64,000 nt of DNA, taken from NCBI GenBank assembly GCA_051047955.1, contig JBPGPT010000001.1, forward strand, positions 372,001-436,000, in the 5' to 3' direction. This stretch comes from Cystobasidiomycetes sp. EMM_F5. Lineage: Eukaryota. Made by a program: the position numbers and the translations under genes. This document shows positions 39,509 through 51,465 of this stretch, one piece after another (position 1 is the stretch's first letter; each line of letters opens with the position of its first letter). The notes beneath the pieces are model-generated. The model saw only the letters and a program-made list of their open reading frames with translations. It did not search any database and was not told the DNA's origin.

Positions 39509-41365
39509 ATGCTACGATTATGTGTAGCTGCATGTACGGCGCTGCATGTGCTGGGCGCTGTCAGTGCCAGGCCTGCCACGCAGGTTCCCTTTCAGCAAAC
39601 GCCTTCCCCTACTGAAGGCGAGGGCGGCGACAACCCGCATGATTTCAATGTTCTCCATCACTTATCCGGCATTTCTCCATTCTTCGATTCCCATGGTCCT
39701 ACTCCAGAAGCTCCAGAGGGATGTCTCGTCATATCTTCAGCTATTCTCGCAAGGTTCGTTGTGACATCGTTTCTGCCAAGCGTATGCTGAATATGCGTTT
39801 ACATGACGTAGACATTCGTCAATTACAATGAACGACGACGAATGGCCAGAGACGATGGCACCGTTTGTCGAAAAGCTCGAAGAGTACGACACTGCGCGAA
39901 TCCCAGACGATTCGGTCTTGCGGTTCCTCAAAGACTGGAAGTCTCCGATCAACGAAGAGAACCAGGAAGAATTGACAAAACCAGGAGCTAGAGATGCGGA
40001 AGCTTACGGCAAGCGGATACGGGAGTTGTATCCTGACCTCATTCCGAAAAAGAACGATCCTCCTTTCAAGTACGTTCTACCAGCGTCGGCCGCTATTCTA
40101 CCAAGTGCTGACAATTACACTCAGAATCTTCACCGCGAGTTCACCTCGTGATATAGACTCTGCTACTGCCTTCATCAAAGGTCTATACCCGCATCGCACG
40201 CTTGGCACAAAGCCTGGTGTAAGCGGGCCACTTTTCATGCCAAATGCAAATACTAAATTTTGGGCAATGCGAACAGCAAGTGGACTTGGTCAAGGTGCCA
40301 AACAAGGATGTCAATTGGAAGCTATCTTTGACACCGCACAAGGCATGCGATCGTTTCGACAAAGGAACCGGGAAAGCAGAACGGGATGCGTTTGCCGAGA
40401 TGTACACTGAGGGTATCATTGCCCGGATGCGAGACAACCTTCCCGGTTGGAATTGGAACTGGACAGATATCGTAGCAATGCAACAACTCTGCGGTAAGTT
40501 TTGCAACGCCTCTGATGCACGGCGGACGTGCCTGAAAGTTTCGGATCATAGGCTACGAAACAGTCATTCAGGATTCATCAGAGTTTTGTACGCTCTTCGA
40601 TCAGAACGAATGGGAACATTGGGAGTACATGGAAGACCTCTACTACTATTACATGCTCGGCAGACACAACAAGTGGACTGCAACTCTGGTAAGTCACTCC
40701 TGCGAAATCTAGTGTGCGAGAAAGTACCTAATCTGCGCCAACTTCAGGGCATACCTTGGATTCAGAATGCACTCCATCATCTCAACAATACTGCAACGGC
40801 ACCGATTTCCCAGGAAATATCAGAAATGGATTTGACGTCCAACATGGCTGATCTCCGAACAAGCCCACTTCCAAAGCCTACCAAAGGCCCAAATGCTACG
40901 CTAGCGCAAGCTCTACAGATCTGGTTCACTCATCGCGAAGAAGTGCCCATCGTCACACATGCTCTTGATCTCTTCCACGGACATACAGACGAAGAAGCCG
41001 AGATGCCACTTGACAGGATCAACTACAACCGTGCGTGGAGGACGAGCGAGATTATTCCTTTCCTAGGCCATGTTGCCCTCGAACGACTGCAGTGCGACGT
41101 GGAAGTCGTCTCGCAGACTAGCCACAAGAAGAAGAAGGGCAAAAAGGGAAAGAAAGGCCGTAAAGGCAGAAAGCCAGAGCCACCAACGTTCCCACCCAAT
41201 ACGAAAGCCTTCGTGAGGATTGTCGTCAACGGCAGTCCCCAACAACAGCCAGATTGTCATGACGGGCCTGGCGGAAGTTGCTCGCTGGACGACTTCATCC
41301 GCCTGGTGGAGGAATTGCCCGCCAAGTATGGAGATTTGGAAAAGGTGTGCGACAAGCAGGATTAG
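39509..41365 (+). CDS. Secreted histidine acid phosphatase/phytase-superfamily protein with divergent motifs
   Basis: Signal peptide; HHLSGISPF; AR|HSSITM in place of RHGXRXP; ELTKPG; MQQLCGYETV; FTHRE; IIPFLGHVALERLQC; CHDGPGGSC. Confidence 0.85.
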
Positions 41366-41453
41366 GCAGTGCAGTGCGATTTCTATAGCTCGAGGACTCG
41401 CAGAACCAACACAATACATGGTGTTGATTGCAAAATGTAGTTGTATGGATTGA

Positions 41454-42284
41454 TCATGCAGTATCTTGCATATCTAGGCCGCTCGGTAGAGGCTCCTCCT
41501 TGATCCATGCAGACACGGCGTCCGTAAATAGCTTGGGAAATTGAGCAGACCACCAGTGCTGTCCATTGACAACGACTGCCCATTGACTCGCTGAATTACC
41601 TTTACGTAATTCGTTGGCAAGCATTCTAGTAGCATCGAGAGGGTCCTGTTTTGCTCCGGCGACAACCAGACTACGTATGGAGAGTTGCCATTCGCCCGGC
41701 TTTGCACGAGGTGGTAACGCTAGATCATAAAGATCATTGTTGCCTCTGCAGGCGTCAGCATTCCTTTTGCCTTCTACGCGTTGCTTTTCGCTTATACGCA
41801 AGCCCATTTTGCGCATGACATGAGCTTCCAGCGCGTCCGGAACTAGGTAACGCTGGATTGACGATACGAACGGCGCTAAACGGAGTTTCCACCCCCACCC
41901 CGTCTGCATATCGTAGGCCCCAGTCACGAAGAGAGACTGCAGCAGATGAGGGTACTTTTGAGCAAGCACGAGAGCTGTGAAACCACCCATGCTGAAGCCA
42001 ACTACGTGCGCCCGGCCGCCATTAGCTTGATGCTGGATCAGAGCTGCATGGCGATTCACAGCAGCAGCTAGAGACCATGTGCCCATACTACGAGACCCAG
42101 AATGACCTGGAGCATCGGGAACGAGAACGTGGTAAGTCTTAGCAAGCTCATCAGAGATTCCCTCCCAGCCGACATGGGAGCCAGTCGCGCCGTGAAGAAG
42201 TATTATGCTCTCGGGATGTTCAGGCGATAGAGACTGATGGAATAATTCTGGCTCGCGGCCAAGGTCGTGGTTCGTTTCATGCAT
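41454..42284 (-). CDS. Alpha/beta hydrolase fold protein (intronless)
   Basis: IILLHG oxyanion motif, VPDAPGHSGS, nucleophile elbow GFSMG, candidate Asp (GAKQD) and His (GQHWW). Confidence 0.9.
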   Translation of the reverse strand: MHETNHDLGREPELFHQSLSPEHPESIILLHGATGSHVGWEGISDELAKTYHVLVPDAPGHSGSRSMGTWSLAAAVNRHAALIQHQANGGRAHVVGFSMGGFTALVLAQKYPHLLQSLFVTGAYDMQTGWGWKLRLAPFVSSIQRYLVPDALEAHVMRKMGLRISEKQRVEGKRNADACRGNNDLYDLALPPRAKPGEWQLSIRSLVVAGAKQDPLDATRMLANELRKGNSASQWAVVVNGQHWWSAQFPKLFTDAVSAWIKEEPLPSGLDMQDTA

Positions 42285-42557
42285 GCGTAGACTGGCTTGC
42301 GGTCGGTTGAAGCGGAGACTGGTGATAATTGCAGATCCGGGCAACAACGTATCGGAGCACGGCAGTACCCGCGCATACGCACATCCAAACAACTACGAGC
42401 TTTGTACTGAGCTGAATTGCCAGCAGGCAGACATTACCGTTTCCGACTGTATGCATCTAAATTGGCTTGCTCGCCATTACCAGCCGACTAATGCGAAGCC
42501 CAGAGAATCACAGCTGTATCTATTACAGTCATAACAGCCGACGAGGTCATCAAGAGT

Positions 42558-44635
42558 CTATGGCGTGCACCTGCCCATGTATCGCGGGTATAGCGATACC
42601 TCTCGAACGGTATGGCGTTTAAGGAGATAGGCGAGCAAGCGCTCGACACCGAGACCATAACCACCGCAATTGCCAGCACCATACTTTCTCTGGTCGGTGT
42701 ACCAGATGTATGGGCCTGGGTCAATGCCTTCGTGCGCATACGCTTCCAGCAGCTCCTTGTGGTCAGAAATACGCATAGATCCACCAACAATCTCTCCCAC
42801 ACCGGGCATGAGGAGATCTACTGATTCGGTGTACGCTTCGTCGCCAGGTACTTTCTTCATATAAAAGCTGGTGAGTATGCATAATTGTCAGCAATGTCGA
42901 GGAGATGCCAAGACTGTATCTCACGCTTTGATCTCCCTTGGGAACTTGGTCAAGAAGATTGGCTTGCCAATCTGATCGTTCATCTTTCGCTCTGCAGCTT
43001 CCGCAATGTCGTCTCCAATTTTGTGAGGTTTTGGTTCCTCGCCCTCCTCTACATCTCCGTTGAGAATATTATGGTCCTGCAGGTATTTGATGGCTTCACG
43101 GTAGTCCAGTCGCATGAAAGGACGTTCGGGAGTCTTGAAGCCTGGGTTGAGCTTCTCAATCAGAGCGGCGATATCCGGCATAGCTAGGAGAATTTCGAAT
43201 GTGCCGCAGATCATTTCCTCGAGATGTTCGAGCAGATCCTCAAAAGTAATGAAACCAAGTTCGGCTTCGAGATGCGTATATTCTGATAGATGACGGCGAG
43301 TCTTGCTCTTTTCCGCTCTGAAAGACTCTTGAACGCAGAACACATCGCCAAGAGCTGGAACACACGTTTCCAAGTAGAGTTGGGATGATTGAGTGAGGTA
43401 GGCCTTCTCGCCGTAGTAGTTGAACTCGAAAAGAGTAGCACCTCCTTCGACTTGAGTCTGTACCATGCACGGCGGAGTCACCTCAAGCAAACCCATTTCT
43501 TCATACTTTTGGCGGAAAGCTCGCAGCAAGGCCGCCCGAACTTTGAGACAGGCTGATGCAATTTCTCCTCTGATAACGAGGTGGCGCAAGTCGGCAAGAA
43601 TGTCCGGTGCAGTATCGGCTGCGATTCTAGTGGAAATAGCATCGTCTCCTCCAGGGGCGCGTCCGATACACCTCCACCAGTCGGCTATCATCTCATGTCC
43701 GTCAGGTGCAGTTTGACCTTCTTTGACGATATTGATGACACCGGTGATTTCGATGGATGCTTCCAAGTTGAGAACTTTGGCATCGTACGTTTCGATCTGA
43801 GACGGTGTGGCAGAGACTCCATGGTCACAAGGTAGTCCCTACTACACAAGGTGTATGCACTCACCAACTTGCCGGAGAGGACTATCTGAAGATAGCCAGT
43901 TCCGTCGCGCAACGTGATGAAGGTCAATGCAGACTGTTGACGCAAGCGATGGACCCAGCCAAAGATGCGGACTCTTCGCCCTCTGTTGGCAGTCGCCTGA
44001 CGGATCTTTATCCGCTTGGCTTGTTCACCAGTTGGCTCAACCAGCACAACCTTTTTGGCTTCATCGAGCTTCCTAGCCTCGAGCTGCTCCTTTTCCTTTT
44101 CCTTGTCGGCCAGTTCTGCTTGACGAGCATTCTTCTTTTGCTGCTGCTCAAACAGCTTCTTGCCCTTCTTTTGCGCAGAGGTTGTGATGGGATGCCAGTC
44201 GGCTTGACTCGTTGGCGCTACCGTTCCAGCGGGCGTGTGCGTTGACGGCTCAAGTTTGGTATCCTCCGCTTTGCGCATCAACAGAGCGATGGAAGAGGTT
44301 CCGCGTGCTAGGTATGCGCCAACAACGCTCTTGTAGGGTAACTCAACAGACCCGTCGCCGTTCTCGTCGGACCCTAGTGCCTCGTCGATGTAGTATTTTG
44401 GCAAGTCTGGTCATTGACGCATCAGTGGGACGTGTGACACAAGTTTCCAGCTGGTCAGCGGGTTAAATGTCGATAGATGCTATTGCAGCGCACCTTCCGT
44501 CTTTGTCTCCTCAGACTGCTCGGACTTTGCAATGCTGCTGGTTGCCTGACTACCACCAATGTGAACAGCCTCGGTGGCTTTGCTCAGCGCGTCCACCACG
44601 GCTTCCTTGCCCTTACTCAGCAGGTCGCTGCTCAT
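42558..44635 (-). CDS. DED81: Cytoplasmic asparaginyl-tRNA synthetase
   Basis: First exon MSSDLLSKGKE... from 44635; RIFGWVHRLRQQ, AYLTQSSQLYLE, FRAEKSKTRRHLSEY, GEIVGGSMR, GYGLGVER, LYPRYMGRCTP. Confidence 0.96.
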
Positions 44636-44809
44636 ACTTCAGGATGTTTTCGAGTCCGCCGTGAGAAAACGGAGGGGGACCCAAATTTGTAACTCAAACA
44701 ATGACTCAATCGCGACAAAGGTTGGGCGACTAAGCTCATACAATGCCGTAGCGGGGTGAGTGACGACAACACCAGCCTGCAAGTGACCACAACCCATCTA
44801 GCACCCCGA

Positions 44810-47486
44810 CTAGGCTGCGACAACATGGCTAACTTCAATGGGGCCAGACCTAACATACGGCATCCTGTCGGCCATCTTGCTTTCCTGCGCAATACGCTTG
44901 TTACGCGTCTTGACGTGCTTGTATAACGATAAGAGACCGCCAGGAGTGGTGCCATCAATCCGCTGCGCTGCGCCCTGCGTTGTCCCAACAATCCCCGCAA
45001 TCAGGTCACGAGTATCACGACTTCAAGTAAATGTAACATCTGCTCACAAAAGTCGTTGGTCGAATCTTGCTGAGTCGTTCTTTCATCTCCGTTGACATCC
45101 CACCTATGCTTGCATAATCGAGATCATCCTCGAGGACGAGAGCTTCATCACGCAGAAAACTAGCAATTGTCTGCGACTGTCTTTGGATGTGATGTGCGTA
45201 TTGGCTTTCGATGACTAGGCGCTCGATAATACTAGGATCCGCGTGACCAAGTCCAGGCAATGCTGGCATCATCATCGTTTGGGTGACGCCCGGTAGCGTG
45301 AGCATTTCGAATGCACTGCAGGAAGCGAAGCCATCAGCTGTCAGTTCCACTGTCTGCGCCTTCGACCTTGCCTACTTTCGATATATGCCGTCCTCTTTGA
45401 CTTCCCGTCCCAATAGCTTCGACCAAGTCTGCGGCGTGTTTGAACATTCTTGCAGTGTCTGCCTTGCATTGTCCAGATCGGCTCGCATACTTGAAAAGAT
45501 GTTCCACCTTGTATCTCCAACAGCTCCGACGTCCCGCCCCTTCTCCGTCAATCGCAAATCCGCATTCTCCGCCCGCAGACTGATGCGATACTCTGATCGA
45601 CTGGTAAACATGCGGTAGGGCTCATCGGCACCCCGAGTAGTCAGGTCGTCAATCATGACGCCGATAAAGCTATCTGCGCGGCTAAGAACGAGAGGAGGTC
45701 GCCCGAGACAGGCTGCTCCTGCGTTGATGCCTGCAACAACGCCCTGGGCAGCTGCCTCTTCGTAACCAGTCGTGCCATTGATTTGTCCAGCTAGGAAGAG
45801 GCCACCTATCCGCTTTGTCTCCAGCGTAGCTGCCATTAACAAGTCAGTATGCGGTGACATTTGCTGTGACTGATCATCATATCGTGACCTACGCTTTAGT
45901 TCGCGAGCATCGATATGATCATATTCTACACCGTAGCCCGGCCGGACCATTTCGACATTTTCAAGTCCCTCGATGGTACGTAGCACTTTCAGCTGTACGT
46001 CTTCCGGCAGTGTCATGGAGAGTCCATTGGGATATATGAGATCTAGTGCAGTCGTTCAGTCAGGCATTGGACACGGTGGACAGTCGTCGATTCCTACCTG
46101 TATCATCCGGGTAACCTTCCGGCTCCAGCCAGACTGTATGTTTTTCCTTCTGATGAAATTTGATAATCTTGCTTTCAATGCTTGGACAGTATCTGGGTCC
46201 TTTGACTTCCTCTTTCAAATGAACAGTTTGATCAAGGCTTGCCCGTACTAGATCATGGCTCGCTGAATTTGTTGCAGTCATCCATGTCGTGATCTGGTTG
46301 TGCTCGTTCCTGCAGCCGCCTACAGGTGTCATGAAAGAGAAGCGCGAAGCTGGAATATCACCTGCTTGTATTGCTAGTCCCTCTTTACGGATAGACGACC
46401 CGCGTAAACGTGGCGGCGTGCCAGTTCGCAATCGTCCGAGTTTGAAGCCCGCTTGTCGCAGGCTCTTGCTAAGTCCGTACGAAGCTGGTTCGCTTTGGCA
46501 TTCGAGGAGCTTCGTCAATACAAATCAAGACAGTAGCAAACGCTGACTACTGCAAGCTCACTTGATTCGACCAAACGGAGTAGATTTCAGGCCAATATTG
46601 ATCTGCCCGCCAAGAAAAGTACCCGTGGCGATTACAACTCTCTGACAGGTAATGTATTCGCCAGCCTCTACTTGCGTCGCGTCAGAGGTGCGGTAATGAA
46701 GTTTGTTGATTGTACGGACCTGTTCGAATACCCATAATTTTTCCCCGCATGTCATTTGGCTGGCTTGTTGAAGGGACGTCACTTAGATGACTGTCCAGGA
46801 CTAGGTCAGAGACGCTAGCGGCTTTCAAAGTGAGGTTTGGATAATTATGCAACGTCTCATGCATGGCTTTCTTGTAGAGAGTACGGGATACTTGTGCCCG
46901 AGGACCCTGTTGATGACAATGACGGGTCGCAGTCAGCAGAAAGAGCAGCTGCGCGATGATGAAAGCGGACACACGTGCACAGCTGCACCCTTAGATCTGT
47001 TCAGTACGTGAAATTGGATGCCAGCTTCGTCTGAATTCCGCCACCGTTTCAGCATGCAAGGCCGACAGTTATTGCGTACACGAGTGCATACCTACGAGCC
47101 GGCCAACGAGACCATCGAGAGCGTCCACTTCGCGGACTAGGGTTCCCTTGCCAATACCGCCAAAAGATGGGTTGCACGACATTTCGCCAATGGTACTCAG
47201 ATTCTGTGACAAGAGCAATGTCTTTGCTCCCATCCGAGCAGAGGCAGCTGCAGCTTCGCAGCCGGCATGTCCACCGCCGATGACCTGACAATACTGCAGT
47301 TCAGTCTGGAAATGCTGTCGTGCGCTACCCTACACTGACAACTACAGCGAAATCTTGTCCAGCAGCGCTATCCGCATTCGGTATGGCAGTATGCGTAGCG
47401 AAGCAGCATCGACCGCTGGCATGGCGGAGGTGCCTGGGCAGGCCAGCTGGCAGCCTAACAGTTTTCTGCATCAACGTGATGGTCAT
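44810..47486 (-). CDS. MTO1: Mitochondrial tRNA modification protein Mto1 (GidA/MnmG)
   Basis: [69 protein letters not shown]; start and last exon approximate. Confidence 0.93.
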
Positions 47487-48553
47487 GGTGTAGTCTATAA
47501 ACATCAGGATTTCGTCTTCAAACTCCTCAGCTTGGACTTGGACTTCGGTGGTCAAGTCATTCTCGCTGACGCTGACGCCCTGATCCAGATACACCTAGTG
47601 AGTATACGCAGTAAACCTGGATCGAATGTGCTCTGAGAGCCGCGGTCTCTTGACCACCGATGGACATTGAGACTGATTGTCCGATAAGCGTAACTACCTC
47701 TAACTCCAGTTCCACGTGCAACCCTAGACTTCGTGGTGTACGCTTGCGGACAGACGACCTGCAACGCTGTTGTCTAAAGATCCCTGACGAGTAAAGCTCA
47801 TCACCGCTGTCAAGCGGTTACTGGTTAGTGCCTGGCACCTGTCATTCTTGGTCAACGACGACCGAATCGAAGCGTTAATTCATTTCTATCCAACGACTTC
47901 CACTGCTCATTCATCCTATCTGTCTTCCATTCCTGTTCGGATGTCCGCGTTCTCGGCGTTCCTCCGACAGATGTCTCGTAAGCTCTGCGTATTTCCCAGA
48001 AGCCACGACAGCACAAGCTGCTGCGATAGCGCGATGTGTCTGCATGATCTAATGCCCGTTGCTTATGCGAAGAAGGCAGCCTCGCTGAAGGCTCTATGGG
48101 GCTCGACGGCACGAATTTGCGAAAGCGAGAACGTAGATACCCAGAGGTACTGCAACGTTTTCCATCCACCAAGCTTGTGCCTAAGAGGTTGCCAGACGCG
48201 CGACGACGTATGCACACGCGTCGCCTATCGATGTCGCCGAACTCGATTGCCGAAACTTGCCGCTTGGCAGGCGGCTTCTGTCGGATTCGAAAACCGCTCG
48301 AGCGGTATCTGTAGACAACTCTGAGCGTTAGAGATAAAAGGGCTGCCCATGCTGTGCTTCTTTCCTTTCTCTCTCTTCCCTTCCCACGCAAACAATTCTC
48401 GCGATATCCAGTCTTGTCACTCGCTCGACAGCCTGACTTACACACTACCGTACCCAAATACTGCCGGCGATCTCCCGTAACTCTTTCGCTCAAGCGCCAT
48501 CATCGCCTATCTCGCAGCAAATGTACATCTCTGAGAACAACACTCTTGCTACA

Positions 48554-50985
48554 ATGCCTTCTGCCATTCATAACCACACAAACGGTCAGGTCCACATGAA
48601 CGGCAAGGCACCCACTATGTCAGTGCCGCCACTGTCACTCGGCTAATTTCAGGGCTGATACTGGACTGTCAATACCTGCGCAGGGAACCATTCAAGACGC
48701 ACAAGAAGATCAGCGACCTGAAATCTAAGGTCGCGACCAAGTCTGGCGCTATCACCATCGATGGCCAGACACTGACGATTGGCGACGTCGTTGCAGTCGC
48801 TCGCCATGGCGCTCGTGCGAGCATCAGCCCTTCGGTACATGCACTCATCGACGAAAGCGTTGCATTCAAGGAGAGCAAGAAGCACACGTCCATCTATGGC
48901 GTCACAACCGGATTCGGTGGCTCCGCAAATACGCGAACAGCAGATACCGTCGCTTTGCAGCAGTCACTTCTTGAGCATCAACTATGCGGCTTTTTGCCCA
49001 CTGATGCTTCGTACGAGAATATGTAAGTCTCTTCAAGTCTCTTCGAAATTTCTGCGTAATCGTGCCCTAATATATAATCATTCGCAGGCTGCAACACGCC
49101 ATGCCAATCCCGATTGTTCGCGGAGCTATGGCCGTCCGCGTCAACTCCTGCGTTCGCGGGCATTCTGGTGTCCGTCTACACGTCCTCCAAGCTATCATTG
49201 ATTTCTTGAATCTCGGTCTCGTGCCCTGCGTCCCTCTCCGTGGCACTATCAGCGCTAGCGGCGATCTTTCACCAGTGAGTACCATTTGAATAACGCTGGT
49301 TGCACATATTGAGTCCGGATTTCCAGCTCTCTTACATTGCAAGCTCAGTCTGCGGTCACCCTGACGTAAAAGTCTTTGACACCCTCGCCAGCCCACCCAC
49401 CGTCCTCTCTGCACCGGAAGTCATTGCAAAATATGGTCTTCCTACTATTGCGCTGACTGCCAAGGAAGGTCTCGGTCTCATCAACGGTACTGCCGTATCT
49501 TGCGCAGCCGGTACCTTGGCTTTGTATGATGCCGAATGTCTGGCTGTCATGTCTCAAACGGCCACCGCTATGACTGTCGAAGCTTGTAAGTACGAAAGAT
49601 TGACCAGGGCATACCCGTCTGACATAATCTTACGCAGTGACTGGACAATCTGGCGCTTTCGATACCTTCATTCACGACGAGGCCCGCCCTCACCCTGGGT
49701 CCATCGAATGCGCTCAGCACATGCGAAGTCTAGTAAGCATGTGCACACAGTTGCTGGTGATGAGTTTGCTGACGCGGGTGTACAGCTCGAAGGCTCGCAA
49801 CTTGCAATCCACGAGGAGGAAGAGCTAGAATTGCACGAAGACGTCGGCATCCTCCGCCAGGATCGCTACGCATTGCGAACTTCCCCTCAGTGGATCGGAC
49901 CTCAACTAGAGCAACTCGCTTTGGCCCGCCAGCAAATTTCCATTGAGCTCAACTCCACCACTGATAATCCCTTGTTCGACATTAAGCGGAATAAGACCCA
50001 TCACACAGGTGCCTTTCAAGCGATGGCTGTCACTTCTGCTATGGATTCCACGCGCATCGCTTTGCAGAACCTCGGCAAACTCGCTTTTGCCCAAGTCACA
50101 GAGCTAGTCAAGTGAGTCATCGTTGATGCAAAGCATTAGTAGGAGCTAACCCTGGGTCGCAGCTGCCAACTCAACCGTGGCCTTCCCTCCAATCTTGCTG
50201 GTAGCGAACCGTCTACAAACTATCATTGCAAGGGTCTCGACATTCACTGCGCAGCTTACTGCTCGGAGCTTGGATTCCTTGCCAACCCAGTCTCTTCCCA
50301 TGTTCAGTCTGCCGAGATGCACAACCAGAGTGTCAACTCTCTCGCCTTCATCTCAGCCCGCAAAACAATCGACGCCAACGAGACCCTCAGCCTTCTTCTA
50401 TCGAGTCAGCTCTACTGCATAATGCAGGCAATTGACTTGCGCATCATGTACAACGACTTCCTCTCGGAAGTACGAAGCTTGCTGGAAGCAACACTTGCCA
50501 AGCACTTTGGTGATTCATTGTCGAAAAGCGCTCTGGTCAATCTGACAAAGGCATGCTATATCACTCTCATCAAGCGGTTGGAGGAGACGTCATCGTCGGA
50601 ATCGTCTGCTCGCTTCGTAGATGCAGCTTCAATGCTCGTTGGCGTAATTGTCGAAGTCCTTTCCACTTCTGATAATCCTTCCGCACTGAAGGCCGTCACC
50701 TCGTGGAGGACGTCGTTTGCAAGTTCAGCGTCTCAACTGTACGTGTCGATGCTGGACGACTGCAACAACGCCGAAAAGCAGGTCACAGCCGCAAAGTCAA
50801 AACTTGGACGCACCTCCTCAGTCTATGAGCTCATCCGAGGAAGTGATGTCAACGTCGCATTCCGCCGTGGCGATGTCGCCCAAGGCAAGTCTGGAAAGAG
50901 TATCGGAAGCTCTGTGAGCTCTATCGTCGAAGCTATGCGGGATGGAAGGTTGGTCGCGGCCGCCGGCAAGGCTTTCATGGCGTGA
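48554..50985 (+). CDS. PAL: Phenylalanine/tyrosine ammonia-lyase (MIO enzyme)
   Basis: SIYGVTTGFGGSA, LLEHQLCG, MIO motif GTISASGDLSP, AKEGLGLINGT, RQDRYALRTSPQW, STTDNP, AEMHNQSVNSLA; several introns. Confidence 0.95.
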
Positions 50986-51107
50986 ATCGGGAATGGATTT
51001 TTCTGAGTTTCTAATAGTATCTGTCACTATTGTAGCGTTCAGCAGTGTTGTGTCTTGCAATCAAGTCTCAAATTCGCTGTCCGACTTTTTGAAAAGCATT
51101 TAATTAT

Positions 51108-51206
51108 TGACTCGGCCAGAGAGCGGGTCGCTTTGTCGCATACCAGCTTAAAATTACCACTCTCGCGGCAGCAGGCTCTGAGATTCTCAGTAACTTCACA
51201 GAGTCA
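51108..51206. promoter_or_regulatory. Two TGACTC (Gcn4/CPC-1-type) elements upstream of CPA2
   Basis: TGACTC at 51108-51113 and its reverse complement GAGTCA at 51201-51206; short motif, but in the expected place for an arginine biosynthesis gene. Confidence 0.4.
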
Positions 51207-51229
51207 CCTTACGCAGGCGTACTCATCGG

Positions 51230-51380
51230 ATGTGAGTGTCAATCCGCTCGCTTGGTCGTCCAATTAAACTCGAAGTCTGACCTGGTCTTAATGTCCCAAC
51301 AATGCAGGCTATATCAGCACGTCCAATTCACCCGGGAAGACTACTTATCTGACCATCACTTCAAGAGTCGTGCTGCGTGA
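51230..51380 (+). promoter_or_regulatory. Arginine attenuator peptide (AAP)-like uORF, 24 aa, start codon split by an intron (51232-51307)
   Basis: AT|G join gives MLYQHVQFTREDYLSDHHFKSRAA*; F8, T9 and D12-YLSDH17 match N. crassa AAP MNGRPSVFTSQDYLSDHLWRALNA; ends 85 nt before the CPA2 ATG. Confidence 0.88.
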
Positions 51381-51465
51381 TACGTGCTCGCTTGGTAGCC
51401 CTGTTTATCTAAAATTCGCATAAAAACCTCGAAAAGACCAGCGCAAACGACTGACACGCGCAAAC

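Noticed and set aside
47487..47594. In-frame ORF extension upstream of MTO1 suggesting a gene fusion
   Set aside because: No ATG, acidic composition incompatible with a presequence, and no upstream coding exon found
47718..47728. CAACCCTAG as a telomerase RNA template
   Set aside because: Only AACCCTA matches; it lacks the ~1.5-repeat permutation expected for TTAGGG
47775..47805. U3-like TCAGGGATC and a GTGATGA box C on the minus strand
   Set aside because: Box A, B and D elements are not convincingly present at the right spacing
47848..48493. Overlapping 158-213 aa ORFs between MTO1 and PAL
   Set aside because: Arg/Ser/Cys-rich non-protein-like composition and no consistent splice model
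51302..51352. Out-of-frame uORF MQAISARPIHPGRLLI overlapping the AAP
   Set aside because: Its ATG is part of the intron 3' end and is removed by splicing; no known motif
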